DNA of 40,071 nt from a virus (IMGVR_UViG_3300032272_000037:1-40071); one strand, 5' to 3'; positions 18,027-25,808 are shown, counted from the stretch's first letter. Notes: generated from the letters alone by a model not told the origin. Translations and numbers: made by a program.

Positions 18027-18421
18027 TGTGATATCTCCAGTATGAAATTTTCAGGAACAACTAGCATTAGCCTTTCCATTGTCTTTACACTGTTTGTTAC
18101 ATCTGGCGTCTTGTCATTATTGATGTCTTTTATTGAATCACCAACCAGCACACAGCCTAGAGTGTTGGATGTATAGTTTCCGCTGTGTATCAATATATGA
18201 GTTCTGCCAACTACATTTTTAATCGATATACAATGACCTTTTGATGGGCTTGTTGTTTTTTCGCATTCATAAAATCCGGCGGGGATGCAGCTATGAGAGT
18301 TTAGATTGTTAAACCAAGATAGCTCAAGAGTGAATACGCGAAAATCAGGGCCGTAACTAAGCGCTCCTATGGTGCAATCATCCAAACAAAGCCTTTTTAG
18401 TTTTAAATTTAAAGTTCCCAT
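18023..18421 (-). CDS. DUF5675-family protein, putative endolysin
   Basis: TIGAL, FTLEL, SCIPAGFY and HILIHSGN...TLGCVLVG His/Cys motif; sits in the lysis cassette; GAGG RBS before ATG 18421. Confidence 0.75.
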   Translation of the reverse strand: MGTLNLKLKRLCLDDCTIGALSYGPDFRVFTLELSWFNNLNSHSCIPAGFYECEKTTSPSKGHCISIKNVVGRTHILIHSGNYTSNTLGCVLVGDSIKDINNDKTPDVTNSVKTMERLMLVVPENFILEISQ

Positions 18422-18431
18422 AGCTACCTCT

Positions 18432-18671
18432 TTATTTATCAATTCTTATATCTTTCTTTCGGTCATGCCACTTAGTATAGATGTTGTATAGCCTTTCGAT
18501 GATTAAAACTATACCACCCGCAATACCAACAATACCGCCCCACTCCGCAATACTTAGAGTATCTTGTATGTGAGCGCTATTAATAACCGCATTAGCACCG
18601 CCAACACCAGCCCCCGTCATTGCGGCATAACTAACGGTCTTGTTTATTATTGCGGCTAAGTGTTCTTTCAT
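18432..18671 (-). CDS. Putative holin
   Basis: 79 aa with hydrophobic helices and a basic C-terminus; directly upstream of the putative endolysin. Confidence 0.6.
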   Translation of the reverse strand: MKEHLAAIINKTVSYAAMTGAGVGGANAVINSAHIQDTLSIAEWGGIVGIAGGIVLIIERLYNIYTKWHDRKKDIRIDK

Positions 18672-19120
18672 GCAGATTTAGCGCTAGATTTATTAAGGCG
18701 ACTATTGCGACTGCTATCATCATTATCACGATTGCAACTTGAATTACAGCCCCCAAAAAGCGAAAACGCCGCCAGTAAATGAAACATTAAAACTACGGCT
18801 GGATACGCTTCATATAAAGACGTTTGAGCTTGTCGACTAACTAACATATCAATAGACATTATCACTTCAAATACACATGACGCGAATATAATAATAAAAG
18901 ATCGTGAGTTTGCTTTGTGTAGCAAATATGCCCACGGCATAAGAATTGTTAGCTTAGTTAAATAGTCAAATGACAAGTGAAGCGAGTATAAGTTAAAAAC
19001 ATGCTGGCTAACTCGCTCAACTAGTATTAGACATAATACCGCGAATATAGATATAAAGGCCGCTTTTGATTTTGTGATCAATGGCACTATATAAATCAAT
19101 ATATACGCGATATCGCTCAT
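18668..19120 (-). CDS. Multi-pass membrane protein of unknown function
   Basis: 150 aa with about 4-5 hydrophobic segments. Confidence 0.7.
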   Translation of the reverse strand: MSDIAYILIYIVPLITKSKAAFISIFAVLCLILVERVSQHVFNLYSLHLSFDYLTKLTILMPWAYLLHKANSRSFIIIFASCVFEVIMSIDMLVSRQAQTSLYEAYPAVVLMFHLLAAFSLFGGCNSSCNRDNDDSSRNSRLNKSSAKSA

Positions 19121-19195
19121 TTAACTAGTTTCTTCTTGTTCTTTTTGGTCTTGTTCTTGCTGGCTCTGCTTTACTGGTCTTTGATGGTCTGGCAT
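19121..19195 (-). CDS. Putative 24-aa hydrophilic peptide (not in the ORF track)
   Basis: MPDHQRPVKQSQQEQDQKEQEETS; AGGGG RBS; TAA directly abuts the next ATG. Confidence 0.5.
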   Translation of the reverse strand: MPDHQRPVKQSQQEQDQKEQEETS

Positions 19196-19232
19196 AAATA
19201 CCCCTAGGTTGAATTTAATTATTTGAAATTAT

Positions 19233-19261
19233 ATTTTATCAATATAAAAATCAGAGGTAAA
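19233..19261 (-). promoter_or_regulatory. Putative promoter of the lysis/late region
   Basis: TTTACC-17 nt-TAAAAT with an extended -10 TG. Confidence 0.5.
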
Positions 19262-19273
19262 GCTTTGTTTATA

Positions 19274-19417
19274 AAGCCACTTATCGACCAGTCAATGTTA
19301 ACACATGTAATGATTGATGTTAAATTTTTTATAAAAAGCTTTAGAATGTAACCCCGTTGATACTGGGGATAAAAGGAGAAAAAACCCCAACGAGATTACA
19401 ATCTAAAGCAGTGGCTT
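19274..19417 (-). ncRNA. Candidate structured ncRNA (about 145 nt)
   Basis: Nested stems AAGCCACT/AGTGGCTT, GCTTTAGA/TCTAAAGC and a 13-bp TGTAATCTCGTTG/CAACGGGGTTACA with G-U pairs on the minus strand only; TATGAT -10 just upstream. Confidence 0.5.
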
Positions 19418-19498
19418 GTAGGCTATCATATGCGCCTTGTTATTCGTAATAAATTTCAGTTATTACTCTTTCTTTCTTTTCTACGAAATTTGCCAAAT

Positions 19499-19717
19499 TT
19501 AAAGCCGAAAGCCACTATATCCTCTCGCCCTAGAAATTCGCTCATTCAATATTCTACAGTATTGCGCCATTAACCCTACCTGCTGAATCATTAGAACCTG
19601 CTCACGCCTACCAAGAGCATCGAACTTTTCATTATTAAATATAAAACTAGTCAAAGATTTCTCCCTTTCCCCTAACTGTATAAGCTCTTCTTCCATTCTA
19701 TCAATGTGACCATCCAT
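19499..19717 (-). CDS. Hypothetical protein (small helical phage protein)
   Basis: 72-aa ORF in the leftward operon. Confidence 0.7.
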   Translation of the reverse strand: MDGHIDRMEEELIQLGEREKSLTSFIFNNEKFDALGRREQVLMIQQVGLMAQYCRILNERISRARGYSGFRL

Positions 19718-19720
19718 AAT

Positions 19721-19918
19721 TCACGCCTCTGGTTTTGTTATTTTAATTACATGGGATACTTCTTCTAGAGAAATGTCACATTCAACGCCGAAATACTCGC
19801 CATGATAAACAACCGCACATTCCCACACACCCCAACTGTCAATCCCAGTTTCAGTAATCACCCAGTAACTACCGCCAATTTCAAGCTCTACTTCTTCAAT
19901 CGGTATCCAGTCACTCAT
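19721..19918 (-). CDS. Hypothetical protein (DUF551-like N-terminus)
   Basis: MSDWIPIEE start and VSHV near the C-terminus. Confidence 0.6.
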   Translation of the reverse strand: MSDWIPIEEVELEIGGSYWVITETGIDSWGVWECAVVYHGEYFGVECDISLEEVSHVIKITKPEA

Positions 19919-20223
19919 AATTTATCACCGACCATAATATCTTGCATTTCATCCGCTGTCGGCATTCTGCGTTCGTCACAATCTTTACACCTCATTCTAA
20001 TAAATCGCTCATCATAAGGGTTAGTAGGCTTCCAGTCATGCTCACCATCATTCAAACAATCAGCCTTTGACGGTGAGTAGCAGAAAAGTACTTCAGTTGT
20101 GAATGTGAAACACTTTTCGCAATGTTCACACTCCATTTGATGCTGCTGATCCTGTTCGTAGTAATCCTCCTCACTGCAAACGTCTTGTTCGTGTTTGCAG
20201 TATGGGCATTTTATGTCACCCAT
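19915..20223 (-). CDS. Zinc-ribbon hypothetical protein
   Basis: CPYC, CEHC and CKDC motifs. Confidence 0.7.
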   Translation of the reverse strand: MGDIKCPYCKHEQDVCSEEDYYEQDQQHQMECEHCEKCFTFTTEVLFCYSPSKADCLNDGEHDWKPTNPYDERFIRMRCKDCDERRMPTADEMQDIMVGDKL

Positions 20224-20413
20224 TTAATCCCGCCTCTTTAAGTTCTTCTTGAAATTCCGAACATATCGACCTGTACTTTTGCAATTCGCTATTAAGGTCG
20301 TCGACTATAGATAAGTGGTCTTCGATCTTAACCCAATCCCCATCATCTGAACGGCTCATTTCTTCACGCTCATACGAAAGGGGTGTTAAATCAAATCGCT
20401 CAATCTCACTCAT
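20216..20413 (-). CDS. Hypothetical protein
   Basis: 65 aa; GDWVK motif; overlapping start/stop with neighbours. Confidence 0.7.
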   Translation of the reverse strand: MSEIERFDLTPLSYEREEMSRSDDGDWVKIEDHLSIVDDLNSELQKYRSICSEFQEELKEAGLNG

Positions 20414-20576
20414 ACAATCCCGCCTCTTTCTGAATTCTCGCCAACAAATTAACTAAAATATCGTAGTTAATAATCGTGTGATTCATTTCCGAACCTCCGC
20501 CTATCTGGTCGCTAAGGCCGTCAGTAGCGTATTTAATGGCCGCTAATTCTATTGCTGATATCTTTACGTATCCCAT
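20406..20576 (-). CDS. Hypothetical protein, 56 aa (not in the ORF track)
   Basis: MGYVKISAIELAAIKYATDGLSDQIGGGSEMNHTIINYDILVNLLARIQKEAGLYE fills the gap exactly, coupled at both ends. Confidence 0.68.
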   Translation of the reverse strand: MGYVKISAIELAAIKYATDGLSDQIGGGSEMNHTIINYDILVNLLARIQKEAGLYE

Positions 20577-20770
20577 CACTTACCCGCCTTTAACGTTTCG
20601 GCCATCTTGTTAAGCTTAGCGGCCAGATTTTGACATTCTTGGCTGAATATATCCGCTTCATCTTCAGGTAAGTCAATCATAGCGTCTGTACCTGCGTGCT
20701 GTTCTATAAGTTCGGATGCCACGGATAGCGCTTGAACCCTGTAATATCTCCTAACTCCCCCTAACGGCAT
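20576..20770 (-). CDS. Hypothetical protein
   Basis: 64 aa, coupled to neighbours. Confidence 0.65.
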   Translation of the reverse strand: MPLGGVRRYYRVQALSVASELIEQHAGTDAMIDLPEDEADIFSQECQNLAAKLNKMAETLKAGK

Positions 20771-21066
20771 CGCTTACCCGCCTTTAACATTTCGACAGCC
20801 TCGACAACCGACCCGCCATTAGGTGCCAGTATCGCCGCTATTTCATAATAAGCATCTGCCGCCAATAAGGGGCTATCACCACCAAGAGCGCGATTCTCTA
20901 AAGTTGCTTCCAGTCGTTCTACCTGAGCCTTAAGCGTCTTAATCTGGCACGATTCGCACTGGTACATCTCGGGCAGCTTACCGTCACGATAGTCAAACTC
21001 TTGACCGCAAGTTCTAACCCTTCCGTCCCACCTAGCCTCTCCAACGTTGCAATATCTCATCACCAA
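20761..21066 (-). CDS. Hypothetical protein with Cys motifs
   Basis: 101 aa; CESC followed by a coiled coil. Confidence 0.65.
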   Translation of the reverse strand: MVMRYCNVGEARWDGRVRTCGQEFDYRDGKLPEMYQCESCQIKTLKAQVERLEATLENRALGGDSPLLAADAYYEIAAILAPNGGSVVEAVEMLKAGKRCR

Positions 21067-21308
21067 CCACCCCCGCTAGAATTTCTTAAGTCCCAAGTAC
21101 TTACTACCGCACCTTCATTACGCTCAGCCCCTAGCCCAGTGTGTGAATCATCCGACATTAGATTCAAGTTGCCGCAATCCTCCAAATACCAGTTAACGTT
21201 TGGCGCGTCTGGGTTGTTCTTTTCCAGCTCTCCCCGAACTCGATTAAGTGTGTTAACCGCTCTGGTTATTTGGCCTTTTTGTAGCGGTGTTATTTTAAAC
21301 TCTTCCAT
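21060..21308 (-). CDS. Hypothetical protein
   Basis: 82-aa ORF ending in GGGW. Confidence 0.7.
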   Translation of the reverse strand: MEEFKITPLQKGQITRAVNTLNRVRGELEKNNPDAPNVNWYLEDCGNLNLMSDDSHTGLGAERNEGAVVSTWDLRNSSGGGW

Positions 21309-21502
21309 TATGAACCCACCTTGCTGTCGGCTGAAAGGGAGGAAACGCCGTCCATATAAAGAAGTGCATCAAGGGTGCTCACAACCTGCTGAACAAATGC
21401 CAAATCAAAACTAACCCTGCTATCTTCCTCGTCTTTATGTGAATACTCGATCGCGTTTCTGGTCGCAATTAGCAAAGTTATTCTTTCGCTTTTCTTACTC
21501 AT
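21308..21502 (-). CDS. Hypothetical protein
   Basis: 64-aa ORF with TAATG coupling. Confidence 0.65.
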   Translation of the reverse strand: MSKKSERITLLIATRNAIEYSHKDEEDSRVSFDLAFVQQVVSTLDALLYMDGVSSLSADSKVGS

Positions 21503-21566
21503 GCCCTTAACCTCAGCTTAAATATTTTTATTGATATGACTCCCATAATTTTTACCCTTTTTTAGC

Positions 21567-21600
21567 TATATGCAACATAAGCTATATTATGTTGCATATA
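21567..21600. repeat. Perfect 14-bp inverted repeat
   Basis: TATATGCAACATAA-gctata-TTATGTTGCATATA. Confidence 0.9.
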
Positions 21601-21609
21601 CGACACTTG

Positions 21610-21897
21610 TTAACTCACCTTTCCTTTTAACTTGCGACCGCAAAAGCAACAGAAGCTAGCTATAACTATCGAATCACCCTTGGTCATATTAGCTCTGTAC
21701 CCGCCGCCTTTTTTTGGTAATCGATATTCGTACTTAACTTTTGGATTAACGGGGGAGTAGTCGCCACCGATAAAGAAGTAAGTAGCCCCTTCGAACTCAA
21801 TGTTAAAATCGCAAGCTCCCTCTGGTACTTTTTCTTTTTTAACATGATCCTTTAACCGTTCCAGCGTCTCTTCAAAGCATTTGCATTTATCATTCAT
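21610..21897 (-). CDS. Zn-binding hypothetical protein
   Basis: N-terminal CKC and C-terminal FCCFCGRK. Confidence 0.72.
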   Translation of the reverse strand: MNDKCKCFEETLERLKDHVKKEKVPEGACDFNIEFEGATYFFIGGDYSPVNPKVKYEYRLPKKGGGYRANMTKGDSIVIASFCCFCGRKLKGKVS

Positions 21898-21899
21898 AA

Positions 21900-22136
21900 T
21901 TAATCCACCATCTCTACAAAGCCCATTCTCTGGCTAATTCTAATCATCTGGCTGGTATGTCTCTCGTAGAATCCAGCGCAAACAACATCTTTGTTTTCTA
22001 TTGTTGCTTTGTGACAAAGAAAATGATTATCCTTTTTCTTGCAATCAGATAAGATACTTTTCTTTCTAGCATCACTAACGATCTTGTCTCTGCTGAACAA
22101 GCACTGTCCACAACATTCTTTTTTAACTTTAAGCAT
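21900..22136 (-). CDS. Zn-binding hypothetical protein
   Basis: CGQCLF...FLCHK...CAGF motif. Confidence 0.72.
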   Translation of the reverse strand: MLKVKKECCGQCLFSRDKIVSDARKKSILSDCKKKDNHFLCHKATIENKDVVCAGFYERHTSQMIRISQRMGFVEMVD

Positions 22137-22187
22137 TGCATTTTCCTGTTTTATATATCGCTTATCTGATACCCGTTGCGGCCTAGA

Positions 22188-22394
22188 TTAATTAAGTTTA
22201 ACTTCACCAAGTTGATAATGAGTATTTTCGCAATGACTTTTGATATGATTTAAAGCTGAAGGTTCAGCAATCCACAATCCCGCCTCAGTTTTGCTCATGC
22301 GTAAATCATGGTCATCTCTAACTTTGGAAACGGCATCCTTAGACATAGTGCAAACAAAAAGCTTTCCAGAAATTAAGCCTTGTATAATAACCAT
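22188..22394 (-). CDS. Hypothetical protein
   Basis: 68-aa ORF. Confidence 0.5.
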   Translation of the reverse strand: MVIIQGLISGKLFVCTMSKDAVSKVRDDHDLRMSKTEAGLWIAEPSALNHIKSHCENTHYQLGEVKLN

Positions 22395-22399
22395 TTTAT

Positions 22400-22609
22400 T
22401 TATTTCCTTTGAGATAATTGCTCTATCATAAGTGAACCTCTAGCATCAGATATTGATTTTTCTACATTTTTCATATGTCGGTAAATTTCAACTCTCATGC
22501 TAGAAGATATGTTTTCATCCGAAGCGATAGCCATTAAGGATTTTCTAAACTCCACTTCAACATTAGTTATTTTATCTGCGATATTTTCTATAGCTTGGCT
22601 AATGTGCAT
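22400..22609 (-). CDS. Hypothetical helical protein
   Basis: 69 aa; GAGG RBS. Confidence 0.68.
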   Translation of the reverse strand: MHISQAIENIADKITNVEVEFRKSLMAIASDENISSSMRVEIYRHMKNVEKSISDARGSLMIEQLSQRK

Positions 22610-22621
22610 TTCGTTTTACCT

Positions 22622-22760
22622 CTATTGAACATGTGCGTAAAATCCTAGCTCTGCCCATGTCCCAACCTTAAACTTTATCAACGAACCATCAACAAACCAC
22701 ACCGTCGCGCCCTCTTCTACTTTTGCAAAATAGATCTAGGTATTTGTTTGCTGTAGTCAT
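22622..22760 (-). pseudogene. Small gene interrupted by a 1-nt frameshift
   Basis: MTTANKYLDLF then +1 frame AKVEEGATVWFVDGSLIKFKVGTWAELGFYAHVQ*; 139 nt = 46 codons + 1; T run at 22727-22730. Confidence 0.5.
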
Positions 22761-22933
22761 TACAGTACCGACCCTCCAAATTGCTCCACTCTAGCGGTGA
22801 ACATCTCTTCACATCCGCTCTCTAGCGTGACGTAAAAAGCGCTTTCTCCACCAAACGGCGAGGAGTGTGTGAAAAGGTGCGGCTTGGCGTTGAACTTGGC
22901 TAGGTCTTGTATTGAATCAAATATTGCTAACAT
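22760..22933 (-). CDS. Hypothetical protein, 57 aa (not in the ORF track)
   Basis: MLAIFDSIQDLAKFNAKPHLFTHSSPFGGESAFYVTLESGCEEMFTARVEQFGGSVL; first gene after the promoter at 22970-22998. Confidence 0.65.
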   Translation of the reverse strand: MLAIFDSIQDLAKFNAKPHLFTHSSPFGGESAFYVTLESGCEEMFTARVEQFGGSVL

Positions 22934-22955
22934 GGCTTATGCTCTCGTTGTTGTT

Positions 22956-22998
22956 GTTTCGATAGAGCTATATTAACCCCTAAAGGTTCAAACTGCAA
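22956..22998 (-). promoter_or_regulatory. Early sigma70 promoter with ATCGAAAC at +1
   Basis: TTGCAG-17-TAATAT-agctct-ATCGAAAC. Confidence 0.7.
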
Positions 22999-23022
22999 GG
23001 GGTTATTTACAGATATGCGAAA

Positions 23023-23247
23023 TTAATTAAATTCGGTGATATCGACACCCTTTACCAACTCAGGCATTAAAAAACCCTTTGATATTACTTCATTCCTTAG
23101 CTTGTCATAACGATAAAGAAACATAGTACCGTGCCCACAGGCAATAAATACGGCCTGAGTTAATCCGCTACAATCTACCATTCCCGCCCAAGATTCTTTC
23201 AATCTCTGGCACTCTTTATCGATGATTTTTTGTGTAATGTTGGCCAC
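23023..23247 (-). CDS. Hypothetical protein
   Basis: 74 aa; AAGGA RBS. Confidence 0.65.
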   Translation of the reverse strand: MANITQKIIDKECQRLKESWAGMVDCSGLTQAVFIACGHGTMFLYRYDKLRNEVISKGFLMPELVKGVDITEFN

Positions 23248-23258
23248 TGTTTTTTCCT

Positions 23259-23483
23259 TTACAATATTCTATAAACAATAGGTTTTGGTGATAGCTTATC
23301 CATCTCCTCCCTTATCCTCTTGTTGTCATTGGCAATAACTTGTAAAGATTCTCTAAGTCCTTTTATTTTAGCGTCTCTAATGCTTAACTCGATTTTCAAA
23401 TTGCCTACTTCCTTTTCATGCTCTATGTGAAGCCTTGCTATTTCTTTGCTTAAATAATCATTAATAATTGTGTTGTTATCCAT
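23259..23483 (-). CDS. Hypothetical coiled-coil protein
   Basis: 74-aa ORF. Confidence 0.68.
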   Translation of the reverse strand: MDNNTIINDYLSKEIARLHIEHEKEVGNLKIELSIRDAKIKGLRESLQVIANDNKRIREEMDKLSPKPIVYRIL

Positions 23484-23513
23484 GTTTTCACGCCTTGTTT
23501 ATTTTTTTGATGG

Positions 23514-23780
23514 CTACTTTAAAAATCCAGTCTTTTTTAATTTTAGATAAGCAGACGTTACGAGATCAACCGCCTTGCTTTCGTCGACTTCGTTAAATAC
23601 TCTATCGCAAATACTAGCCCCCTCCTCTGTATCTTTAAATATCATTTTGGTAGCGCAAACCCCAAGCGAATCAGGTTTAAATTTAAATAATATGGCGGGG
23701 TGTCCGTCTTCGTTTAAAACTAATATTTGCCCTACAACTGGATGATAAAATATTTTTGCAAAATCATTACTTTCTAGCAT
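23514..23780 (-). CDS. Hypothetical protein
   Basis: 88 aa; FAKIF..VGQILV motif. Confidence 0.72.
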   Translation of the reverse strand: MLESNDFAKIFYHPVVGQILVLNEDGHPAILFKFKPDSLGVCATKMIFKDTEEGASICDRVFNEVDESKAVDLVTSAYLKLKKTGFLK

Positions 23781-23836
23781 AGAAAAACCCTTGTTATTAA
23801 GTTTGAATTCTTTATTGCTAACTTAGCTTTATATTT

Positions 23837-24271
23837 TTAAAACTCTCCAATCACAACACCTTTTAGAGCCTCAACAACCCCACCAGATTTAACACCCTTC
23901 ACCGCATTTATTGCGCCCTTCTTGCTTTCAATAAATCTTTTAGCTGTAATGCAAGACCCTGAAAACATACTATCTACAGCCGATATAAACCCGCCTGATA
24001 CTATTTCACCCAATGAGTACATGCAGCCACCAGAACGGATACACCCACCAGCATTTAATCTTGAAGCCCTTAAGTCTCCGCCAACCTCGATATGATTAAT
24101 AACAACAATAGAGGCTCCTATACAGTCACCGCGAACTTTTAAGCTATCAAAAACCATTAACTCTACCCCGTCATTACTAACGATAGAGCCGTTAAAATTG
24201 GATAAATCTTCCTTGCCTACATACTCGTTTTTTTCGTTAAAATCTTTCGATGTTAAAATTAAATTTTTCAT
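23837..24271 (-). CDS. Hexapeptide-periodic beta-helix (bactofilin/LbetaH-like) protein
   Basis: Repeated 6-residue units (IEVGGD, LNAGGC, IRSGGC, IVSGGF, VKSGGV); start at ATG 24271. Confidence 0.6.
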   Translation of the reverse strand: MKNLILTSKDFNEKNEYVGKEDLSNFNGSIVSNDGVELMVFDSLKVRGDCIGASIVVINHIEVGGDLRASRLNAGGCIRSGGCMYSLGEIVSGGFISAVDSMFSGSCITAKRFIESKKGAINAVKGVKSGGVVEALKGVVIGEF

Positions 24272-24281
24272 ACCGACCTTA

Positions 24282-24458
24282 TTAATCAAAATTGTTTATT
24301 TTTCTTAAATTAATTTCTTCTAATATCATTTCGGTTTTTCTTCTGACATCTAATTTTTTAGCCCCTCCCTCTGTTATTTTAGCTTTTTTAACATTGTTCA
24401 TATCAAAGGGTTTTAGTTGAAATCTTCCCCTTGTTAATTCTTCAGATATTTTATTCAT
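24282..24458 (-). CDS. Hypothetical basic protein, 58 aa (not in the ORF track)
   Basis: MNKISEELTRGRFQLKPFDMNNVKKAKITEGGAKKLDVRRKTEMILEEINLRKINNFD fills the gap. Confidence 0.6.
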   Translation of the reverse strand: MNKISEELTRGRFQLKPFDMNNVKKAKITEGGAKKLDVRRKTEMILEEINLRKINNFD

Positions 24459-24942
24459 CTCTCAACACTTCCCATTGCGACGGCTTAGACCACGCATCGC
24501 GACTAGTTAATAACTTATCACAGTATTCATCGTTAAACTGATATGGCGTTGTGCTGGCTATCCACGCTATATTGACAATATGCAGCTTGTTGCAAGACTC
24601 AATTAATTTTTCATGACGCCTGTTTAATTTACCTTCTAGTATATTGCGCCTGTATGCTTGCTGGTGGTGTATCTCTTCACTCTGTATATACTCTTGTCCG
24701 TCTTGCCTTCTACACAGAACAGCTAGATATATAGACCACTTAAAGGCTATTGATTGGAATGAGTCTGCAATAATAGCCCCAACATTTACATAGCTTCCGT
24801 CTGTTTTATCTAAAACGTGAGTCTCTTTTTTCCCTCCAACAAAAACAAGAAGTAAATCACTTGTTCCATATCTTGCCATTCTAGTAGATCTGTTTAGCTG
24901 GCTGTTTTTTTTGTTGCGTTTTTTTGGTTTAGATTTAGCCAT
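24451..24942 (-). CDS. Hypothetical protein with a basic N-terminus
   Basis: 163 aa; FKWSIYLAVLCRRQDGQEY motif. Confidence 0.75.
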   Translation of the reverse strand: MAKSKPKKRNKKNSQLNRSTRMARYGTSDLLLVFVGGKKETHVLDKTDGSYVNVGAIIADSFQSIAFKWSIYLAVLCRRQDGQEYIQSEEIHHQQAYRRNILEGKLNRRHEKLIESCNKLHIVNIAWIASTTPYQFNDEYCDKLLTSRDAWSKPSQWEVLRDE

Positions 24943-24953
24943 ACACTAAAGCC

Positions 24954-25190
24954 CTATTTTAACATCTCTGCTTTTTCATAAACTTGCTTAATCTTACATT
25001 GAAGATCATAAGTTTCACTGTGAGAATGCGGGTCGTAGTCGCGTTCTTTACGACCATCCTCATAACCTTTTTCGTAAATCTTAATAACTTTTTCCTGCAT
25101 TTCCTCATAAGATCCGATAAGGTTAAATTCATCCATTGCATTATCCCTATCTAGATCTCTAGCGTTTCTTGTCATTTCTGAATGAGTCAT
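24954..25190 (-). CDS. Hypothetical protein
   Basis: 78-aa ORF. Confidence 0.65.
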   Translation of the reverse strand: MTHSEMTRNARDLDRDNAMDEFNLIGSYEEMQEKVIKIYEKGYEDGRKERDYDPHSHSETYDLQCKIKQVYEKAEMLK

Positions 25191-25193
25191 TTT

Positions 25194-25592
25194 TTACCCC
25201 TTCATTTTAAGAAAAACAATCATTGCGGCTCGTAGTGGGTTGGAGTCAAAGCAACTTACCCGGTCAATAATAGGATGATCTGACTCCCATAGATCAGTCG
25301 TGAAATACTCGCTACATTCCTCACAGCAATGCGTAGTATCTTTTTGTATTGATATTTCATTCTCAACAATAATAGGCCAAGCGTCATCTGGGGTTAAAAT
25401 AAAGTTCTTCTGCTCCCAAGGCTCAATTTGATTGCCAAATTCATGATTTGCACACCACAGCGTCGAAGGGTATTCACTCCTGTAATCTAGATCGTCATCT
25501 CGAAATATAAGGCCGATTTTCTCAGCGACTAGTTTGTTTATCTGTAAATCGCTCATTGATTCGTAATCGAACATAGTTATAAGTTCTCTCAT
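25194..25592 (-). CDS. ninX: NinX-family (DUF2591-like) protein
   Basis: DYESMSDLQINKLVA, PDDAWPIIVENEISI and NPLRAAMIVFL motifs. Confidence 0.78.
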   Translation of the reverse strand: MRELITMFDYESMSDLQINKLVAEKIGLIFRDDDLDYRSEYPSTLWCANHEFGNQIEPWEQKNFILTPDDAWPIIVENEISIQKDTTHCCEECSEYFTTDLWESDHPIIDRVSCFDSNPLRAAMIVFLKMKG

Positions 25593-25612
25593 GTTAGTTG
25601 TAAATTGGTGTT

Positions 25613-25804
25613 TTACATTGCTAGAAGCGTTTCATAAGCCATTGCTAGTGTCATTCTGTCCATTCCTAAATAAGTTAACCCGCTATCTCTTCTAATTATT
25701 TTATATGCTTTGTTACCGTTGATGTAACAGTTGTCGACTTTAAGAGTTAACCCCGACTCTTTCGCAAGTTTTCTGGCGTCTTTTATCATTTCTGAATAAG
25801 TCAT
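25613..25804 (-). CDS. Hypothetical protein
   Basis: Likely ATG at 25804 (MTYSEMIKDARKLA). Confidence 0.65.
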   Translation of the reverse strand: MTYSEMIKDARKLAKESGLTLKVDNCYINGNKAYKIIRRDSGLTYLGMDRMTLAMAYETLLAM

Positions 25805-25808
25805 TTTA

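Noticed and set aside
20216-20794. Regularly spaced ~22-24-nt repeats considered as a CRISPR array or attC sites
   Set aside because: The intervening ~170-nt segments are protein-coding, the repeats are of two types and non-palindromic, and no cas or integron integrase gene is present
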